From an uncultured Planctomycetia bacterium (GTDB lineage Bacteria > Omnitrophota > Gorgyraeia > Tantalellales > Tantalellaceae), in contig CAYPCX010000003.1 of NCBI GenBank assembly GCA_964409365.1, positions 20,577 through 84,576 on the forward strand: a stretch of 64,000 nt of DNA, in the 5' to 3' direction. The notes under the pieces are model-generated. The model was not told where the DNA came from. It searched no databases and worked only from the letters and a program-made list of their open reading frames with translations. Of the stretch, positions 58,850 to 64,000 are shown in pieces (the first letter of the stretch is position 1; each line of letters starts with the position of its first letter). Made by a program: the position numbers and the translations under genes.

Positions 58850-60382
58850 ATGAATTACAGTATCTGCAGAAAATGCTCCAAAATAGTGCCTGCTGTGCAT
58901 GTCCAAAAGGACGGCAAAGAGTATCTGGAAAAACAATGCCCCGATTGCGGTAACAACCTCGACCTTATATCGAACGACGCCGCGCGCTACAACAAAAAAC
59001 GCGATATGATGGCCGACGTGGAATTCCCGGGCTGCGAAATGAACTGCCTCGAGTGTTTCCATAAGGTCCCCGACGTCCTGTTCGTCGAGACGACCAACCG
59101 GTGCAACATGAACTGCCCGATCTGCCTGACCAACGTGCCGTCCATGGGATTCGAGTTCGAGCCCGGCATGGACTACTTCGAAAGGCTTTTCAGCCATTAC
59201 GCGAAATGTGATTTCCCGCCCCCGGTACAGCTTTTCGGGGGTGAGCCGACCATACGGGAAGACCTTTTCGATATAATCGCCCTTGCGCGGTCTTACGGCC
59301 TCTCGGCGCGGGTGGTCACCAACGGCCTCAAGCTCGCCGATCCGGAATATTGCGAAAAGATCATGTCAAGCGGCGCCTCGGTCCTGATATCATTCGACGG
59401 GCTTAAAAGGGAGATGTACGCGACGCTGCGCGGTCACCCTGAAGCGCTCGACTTGAAACTGAAAGCGCTCGAGAACATATCCCGGCGCAAAAAAGGCAAG
59501 GTCGTCCTGATGACGGTGGTCGACAAGAACTTTAACGCCGAAGACATGCCTCATTTCCTCGATTATTGCCTCAAGAACTCCGGCGTCGTCCGCGGTATAT
59601 TCCTCATGCCGCTCACCCACGTGTGGTCAGAAGATCGCCTGAAGTATGATCCCGAAAGGACCACCCAGGAGGACACGGAAAGGATCGTCGAGGAAGCCGT
59701 GGGCGAGAGGATAGACTTCGTCCCGCTGGGGGCGCTCGCATTCTCGAACCTGGCGAAGATCTTCAAGGTAAAACGGATGCCGTTTTTGGGCGTCCATCCG
59801 AACTGTGAAAGTTTCGCGCTTCTCGTCTCCAACGGCGAAAAATACGTGCCGCTGAACAAATACCTCAAGACCGATTTTTTCGCGTTCGTGAACGACATGC
59901 GCGCGCTCGACGGTTCCCTGGAAAAGCCCGTTTCTTCGGGGGAGGCAGGCGCCTTGAGAAAGCTTCTTGTGCTTCTCTCTCTCGGGCGCTTATTTCTCAA
60001 GCATGTCGATTTCGGCGCGGTCGTGAAGGCGAGGGGGCTCAAAGCGTTCGGCCGGTGGATGGGGATCTTCGCCTCGGCCGCGACGGGCAAAAAGTTCAAG
60101 GACGTCTTCAAGGAAAGGACGGAGGTCAAGGACATCCTGCTGCTCATCCTTCTGCCTTTCGAGGACTCCGCCACGACCGAGACCGACCGCCTGGAGATGT
60201 GCAAATCATGCTTCGGGTACGTTGACGTGGCGACCGATACCATAAAAGCGATACCCGTATGCATATGGGAAAGGTTCAAGAACGTCGCCATGAAGGATAT
60301 GGCCAGGAAATACAACAAAAAAGGGTACACCAAAGGCCTTTACGACGAACAGCCCGCTGAAAAGGTGAAAGAGGATGCTTGA
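58850..60382 (+). CDS. Radical SAM protein, Tes/GDGT-MAS (MJ0619)-like, paralog 1
   Basis: CRKC...CPDCG, CEMNCLEC, CNMNCPIC, GGEPT, HPNC, RLEMC...IPVC. Confidence 0.85.
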   Translation: MNYSICRKCSKIVPAVHVQKDGKEYLEKQCPDCGNNLDLISNDAARYNKKRDMMADVEFPGCEMNCLECFHKVPDVLFVETTNRCNMNCPICLTNVPSMGFEFEPGMDYFERLFSHYAKCDFPPPVQLFGGEPTIREDLFDIIALARSYGLSARVVTNGLKLADPEYCEKIMSSGASVLISFDGLKREMYATLRGHPEALDLKLKALENISRRKKGKVVLMTVVDKNFNAEDMPHFLDYCLKNSGVVRGIFLMPLTHVWSEDRLKYDPERTTQEDTERIVEEAVGERIDFVPLGALAFSNLAKIFKVKRMPFLGVHPNCESFALLVSNGEKYVPLNKYLKTDFFAFVNDMRALDGSLEKPVSSGEAGALRKLLVLLSLGRLFLKHVDFGAVVKARGLKAFGRWMGIFASAATGKKFKDVFKERTEVKDILLLILLPFEDSATTETDRLEMCKSCFGYVDVATDTIKAIPVCIWERFKNVAMKDMARKYNKKGYTKGLYDEQPAEKVKEDA

Positions 60383-61880
60383 CCGGGAAGTCCACGCTCT
60401 ATGCCCGACCTGTTCTAAATCCATCAAGGGAAAGATCTACGTAAAAGAAGAAAAGGTCTTTCTTGAAAAAGAATGCCCCGAACACGGGATCATAACGGAC
60501 CTCCTTTCATCCGACTCGGCGATGTGGCTCGACCGGATGAGCCTGCTGGACCACGTATATCCCAACCCCTGCAGCGTCGAAAAGTGCAAGACAGGCATCT
60601 TCAGGTGCCGCGACCATGTGGCCAGAAAATCCCCGCTCGCCTTTATCGAGATAACTACCCGCTGCAACATGAAATGCCCGGTCTGTTATGCCGACGCCGA
60701 ATCAAAGGGCAAAGACATGCCCCTCGGCCACATCGACCGTATCCTGGACAAGATCGTAGAAGAGGACCCGAAAACGCACGTCATCCTGATAGGCGGCGAG
60801 CCCACTATACACAAGGACTTTTTTGAGATCCTCGGCAAGATCAGGGCAAAGGGCCTGATGAAAAGGGCCTTCATCGCGACCAACGCCATCACGCTCGCCG
60901 ACAGGGAATTCGCAAAAAAAGTCCATGAGGCGGGCATAAAGAAGTTCTTCCTGGCCTTCGACGGAACGGACAGGGAAGCCTGCAAAAAGATCCGGGGCAG
61001 CTACATCTCTTATGATTCTCTTCGAAAGGCCCTCCGGAACATCCGGGAGAACGGGAAGGCGTGGATAATCGCCTCGATCACCGCCGTGAAGGACTTGAAC
61101 GTGGAAGATATCCCTAAGGCCATCGAGTTCGCGATGGACAACGCCGATATCGTCAGGAGGATCATGATCTCCCCCGAGGTCTATTGCGGCAGGATAGACC
61201 GCAAAGATGACCTTTCGAGTTCGCGCCTTACCGGCGACTGCGTGGAGACATACCTGAGGAAAGAGCTGGACGTGAAAGCGGCTACGGTATCCCTTAGTTT
61301 CATATTCGCGCTCCTCCAGCCCCTTAAATCGATGGGTTTTCTCGATCCGGAAAGCTGGATGGCTGCGGTGCCGAGCCCGTTCTGCGGGAACATGGGTTTC
61401 GTGTGGCAGGATAAAGAGAACAGGTTCCACTCGCTCATCGACCTTTTTGTCAGGGACGCCGATACGAACGTCTATGGGCTGGGGCGCGATATAAACCGCC
61501 TGGCAGACCAGATCGCGCGCGCGCGTTCAAGGTTCACCGGCGGCCTTTTAGGCCGTCTCGCCTGGCGAACGGCAGTGTACACGTATTATCTGCCCCGTTA
61601 CCTTTTCCTGCTCCTGGGGCGCATGAACAAAAAGGGCGTTTTCGGGGCCCTCGGCTCACTTTTCAGGGCCGGGTTCAGCCTGAAAAAGTTCAAGGCCGGC
61701 TTTTTCGGGAAGAGGAGGATGGAGATAGTCTATCTCCTCGGTTCCGACAGGTACAATTATATCTGGGACAAGATGCCTTATTGCCTTACCCAGCATTACC
61801 GCATTCATCCAAGAACGGACGAGGTGGTGAAGATCCCGGGGTGTTTCGTTTTCGCGTTCAGGGAGGAACTAGAGTCATGA
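60375..61880 (+). CDS. Radical SAM protein, Tes/GDGT-MAS (MJ0619)-like, paralog 2
   Basis: LCPTC...KECPEHG, CNMKCPVC, GGEPT, ATNA, SPFCG, DRYN...YC..HY...IPGC. Confidence 0.85.
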   Translation: MLDREVHALCPTCSKSIKGKIYVKEEKVFLEKECPEHGIITDLLSSDSAMWLDRMSLLDHVYPNPCSVEKCKTGIFRCRDHVARKSPLAFIEITTRCNMKCPVCYADAESKGKDMPLGHIDRILDKIVEEDPKTHVILIGGEPTIHKDFFEILGKIRAKGLMKRAFIATNAITLADREFAKKVHEAGIKKFFLAFDGTDREACKKIRGSYISYDSLRKALRNIRENGKAWIIASITAVKDLNVEDIPKAIEFAMDNADIVRRIMISPEVYCGRIDRKDDLSSSRLTGDCVETYLRKELDVKAATVSLSFIFALLQPLKSMGFLDPESWMAAVPSPFCGNMGFVWQDKENRFHSLIDLFVRDADTNVYGLGRDINRLADQIARARSRFTGGLLGRLAWRTAVYTYYLPRYLFLLLGRMNKKGVFGALGSLFRAGFSLKKFKAGFFGKRRMEIVYLLGSDRYNYIWDKMPYCLTQHYRIHPRTDEVVKIPGCFVFAFREELES

Positions 61881-63382
61881 AAGTGCATTTAGCCGGTTTT
61901 AACGTCGACACCGCCGTCCTGCGCGAGATGGAAGAAAAAGCCGGGACGCGCGATGATATCACCCCCGAGGTCATTTCCGCGGCATACGCCCGGATAAGCA
62001 GGGACCCGCGTCCGATAAACGAGATACGGAAAGACGCGCGGGAAGAAGTGGAACGCGCCAGAAAGTCCAATTCTTCCATCATCTTCAAGATGGGGCACCA
62101 TTCGGTCGCCGAGCACGCCGTCTTCAATTTGGATATTATCGGCCTCTCACGCCTCGCGATGGAAGAGGTGGAGAAATTCCGCCTTTCGTCCTATACCGAG
62201 AAATCACAGCGGTATATCACCCTGGAGAAGGATTTTGTGGTCCCCGGGGAGATCAGGGGCACGAACTTCGAAAATGCGTTCACGGACATGATCCGCGAGC
62301 AGAACGAAGCTTACTTCCGGTTCTTCGAAAAGTTAAAGGGCCACGTTTTCAAGAAATACGCCGGCCTGGCCGCCGATCCGAAAAAACACAACATGCTGGA
62401 AGGGTGGGCGAAAGAGGACGCCCGGTACATCACGGCCCTCGCGACCGGGTCGCAAGTGGGCCAGACGGTGAACGCGCGGGTCCTGGAACTCATGCTCAGG
62501 AGGTTCGCTTCCCACCCCCTGGCGGAAGTGCAGCAGCTCGGCCGCGCAGTCTACAAGGTGATAGCCGAGGTAGCCCCTTCTATAGTACTGTTCCACGAAG
62601 CCAACGACCGCGATCTCAGGACATATCCTGAGCTGAAAGAACTGGCCTGCGGCACGACGACCGGAAGTATCCCCATAGGACCGGGCAGGGCAGTGGAACT
62701 TCTCGAACATACCGCGGACGGCGACACCGTGGTGGCGGCCTCGCTCCTCCATTCGTCTTCCGATATGCCGTATGACCAGTGCAAGAAAGCAGTGGAGAGC
62801 ATGTCCGAAGAAAAGAAACTGGAGATCTTCAAGGCGGCCTGGCGTAACATGCAGTTCTACGACTCCATGCTCAGAGAGTTCGAATACGCGGACCTGACGT
62901 TCAACATCGTTCTTTCGGCCGCCTGTTTCGGCCAGCTCAAGCGCCACCGGATGGCCACGATCACTTCCCAGTCTTACGACCCGGAACTCGGTATCACTGT
63001 GCCCGGGTCTATAACAGAGACCGGCATGGAAAAAGATTTCCGCGAGATCGCGGCGAAAAGCGCCGAACTCTACGAAAAGATACGGAAGGAGATACCCCTC
63101 GCGGCGCCGTATATCCTTACCAACGCGCACCGCAAGCGCGTGCTCATGCGCCTGAACGCGCGTGAACTTTACCATATATCCCGGCTCCGGGAAGACGCCC
63201 ACGCCCAGTGGGATATCAGGAACATCTCCCGCGCCATGAGCGAAGAGGCCGGGAAGGTCATGCCGCTCACTTTCGCTTTCATCGGGGGCAAAGACAGGTA
63301 CAATGAAATATACGAAAGCATATACGGCCGTCTCCCGAAGGTAACGGAAGCGGTACTGCCGGGAGCCAAAAAGATCAAATAG
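61877..63382 (+). CDS. thyX: FAD-dependent thymidylate synthase, tandem Thy1 domains
   Basis: GHHSVAEH, TEKSQRY, EDARY in domain 1; QLKRHR, NAREL, AQWDIR in domain 2; ATGA overlap with upstream gene. Confidence 0.88.
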   Translation: MKVHLAGFNVDTAVLREMEEKAGTRDDITPEVISAAYARISRDPRPINEIRKDAREEVERARKSNSSIIFKMGHHSVAEHAVFNLDIIGLSRLAMEEVEKFRLSSYTEKSQRYITLEKDFVVPGEIRGTNFENAFTDMIREQNEAYFRFFEKLKGHVFKKYAGLAADPKKHNMLEGWAKEDARYITALATGSQVGQTVNARVLELMLRRFASHPLAEVQQLGRAVYKVIAEVAPSIVLFHEANDRDLRTYPELKELACGTTTGSIPIGPGRAVELLEHTADGDTVVAASLLHSSSDMPYDQCKKAVESMSEEKKLEIFKAAWRNMQFYDSMLREFEYADLTFNIVLSAACFGQLKRHRMATITSQSYDPELGITVPGSITETGMEKDFREIAAKSAELYEKIRKEIPLAAPYILTNAHRKRVLMRLNARELYHISRLREDAHAQWDIRNISRAMSEEAGKVMPLTFAFIGGKDRYNEIYESIYGRLPKVTEAVLPGAKKIK

Positions 63383-63414
63383 GGTTTTTGCACAAGAAAG
63401 GAAGAGGGCTGGAG

Positions 63415-64000
63415 ATGGCGGACGAAAAACCCGTGGCAAATTGGCATTCTCTGGATATCGACGATTGTATAAAACAGCTGGAAAGTTCAACGAGCGGCAT
63501 CTCTTCACAGGAGGCCAAAAAACGCCTCGACAAGTATGGTCTCAACAAGATCCGCGAGGAGAAAGCCATATCGGGCTGGGAGATACTTTTCCGCCAGCTC
63601 AAAGGTTTTTTCAATATCGTCCTTTACGTGGCCGCGGTGATCGCTTTCTGGGCCCACAAGCTCCCTGACGCGATCTTCATCTGCGCGATACTCGTGATCA
63701 ATACCACGCTTTCCTTTTTCCAGGAATACAAGGCGAGCCGCGCGATGGAAGCGCTGAAGCAGTTCCTTGTCGAAAAGGTAAAGGTCTCGCGCGACGGCCA
63801 GACGATAGAGATCGACGTCACCGAAGTAGTGCCCGGCGACGTTATCGAGCTTGAGGAAGGCGAAAAGGTGCCCGCCGACGCCCGGGTCCTTGAAGTGTAC
63901 GCCCTCCGTGTCGACGAATCGATGCTTACCGGCGAATCCACACCGGTCGACAAGATCACGGAAAAAACGAAAGAAGACGCCGATCTCGGTGACAGGAAGG
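63415..64000 (+). CDS. Cation-transporting P-type ATPase (type II-like), 3'-truncated by window end
   Basis: Manual translation: EAKKRLDKYGLN, FFQEYKA, VVPGDVI, VPADAR, VDESMLTGES. Confidence 0.93.
   Translation, partial: MADEKPVANWHSLDIDDCIKQLESSTSGISSQEAKKRLDKYGLNKIREEKAISGWEILFRQLKGFFNIVLYVAAVIAFWAHKLPDAIFICAILVINTTLSFFQEYKASRAMEALKQFLVEKVKVSRDGQTIEIDVTEVVPGDVIELEEGEKVPADARVLEVYALRVDESMLTGESTPVDKITEKTKEDADLGDRK

Overview
Bacterial chromosomal window, almost entirely + strand. Gene content and the giant repeat protein suggest a PVC-superphylum anaerobe, possibly Candidatus Omnitrophota (inference only). It opens inside a giant Thr/Gly/Val-rich surface protein with 15 Ig-like repeats of ~105 aa. 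This gene converges on an ShlB/FhaC (TpsB) transporter with an unusual helical C-terminal tail, which is transcribed divergently from a truncated FecR-like gene. The beta-strands missing from that FecR domain appear to sit at the extreme C-terminus of the giant protein, a candidate split-FecR tethering system. Next is a nucleotide-biosynthesis block (carB-carA-carB-purF-DUF1846-pyrG, guaA, PurS-fused purL, purQ), then central-metabolism and redox genes, a K+/cation transport cluster and lipid-scavenging genes. Near the end are two tandem divergent radical SAM paralogs with tetraether-synthase (Tes/GDGT-MAS, MJ0619-like) architecture, coupled to a double-domain thyX, followed by a truncated P-type ATPase. 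Non-coding signals: a structured ~120-nt carA leader, two inverted copies of a nested heptamer/octamer repeat element, heptamer runs invading coding sequence, a dispersed CCCGATGTGTACACATCGGG-type palindrome and 11-bp-periodic TTAA arrays. A 46-aa basic ORF missed by the ORF track lies at 56996. No rRNA, tRNA, CRISPR array or transposase was seen. All calls are by eye and from remembered family motifs; no searches were run.
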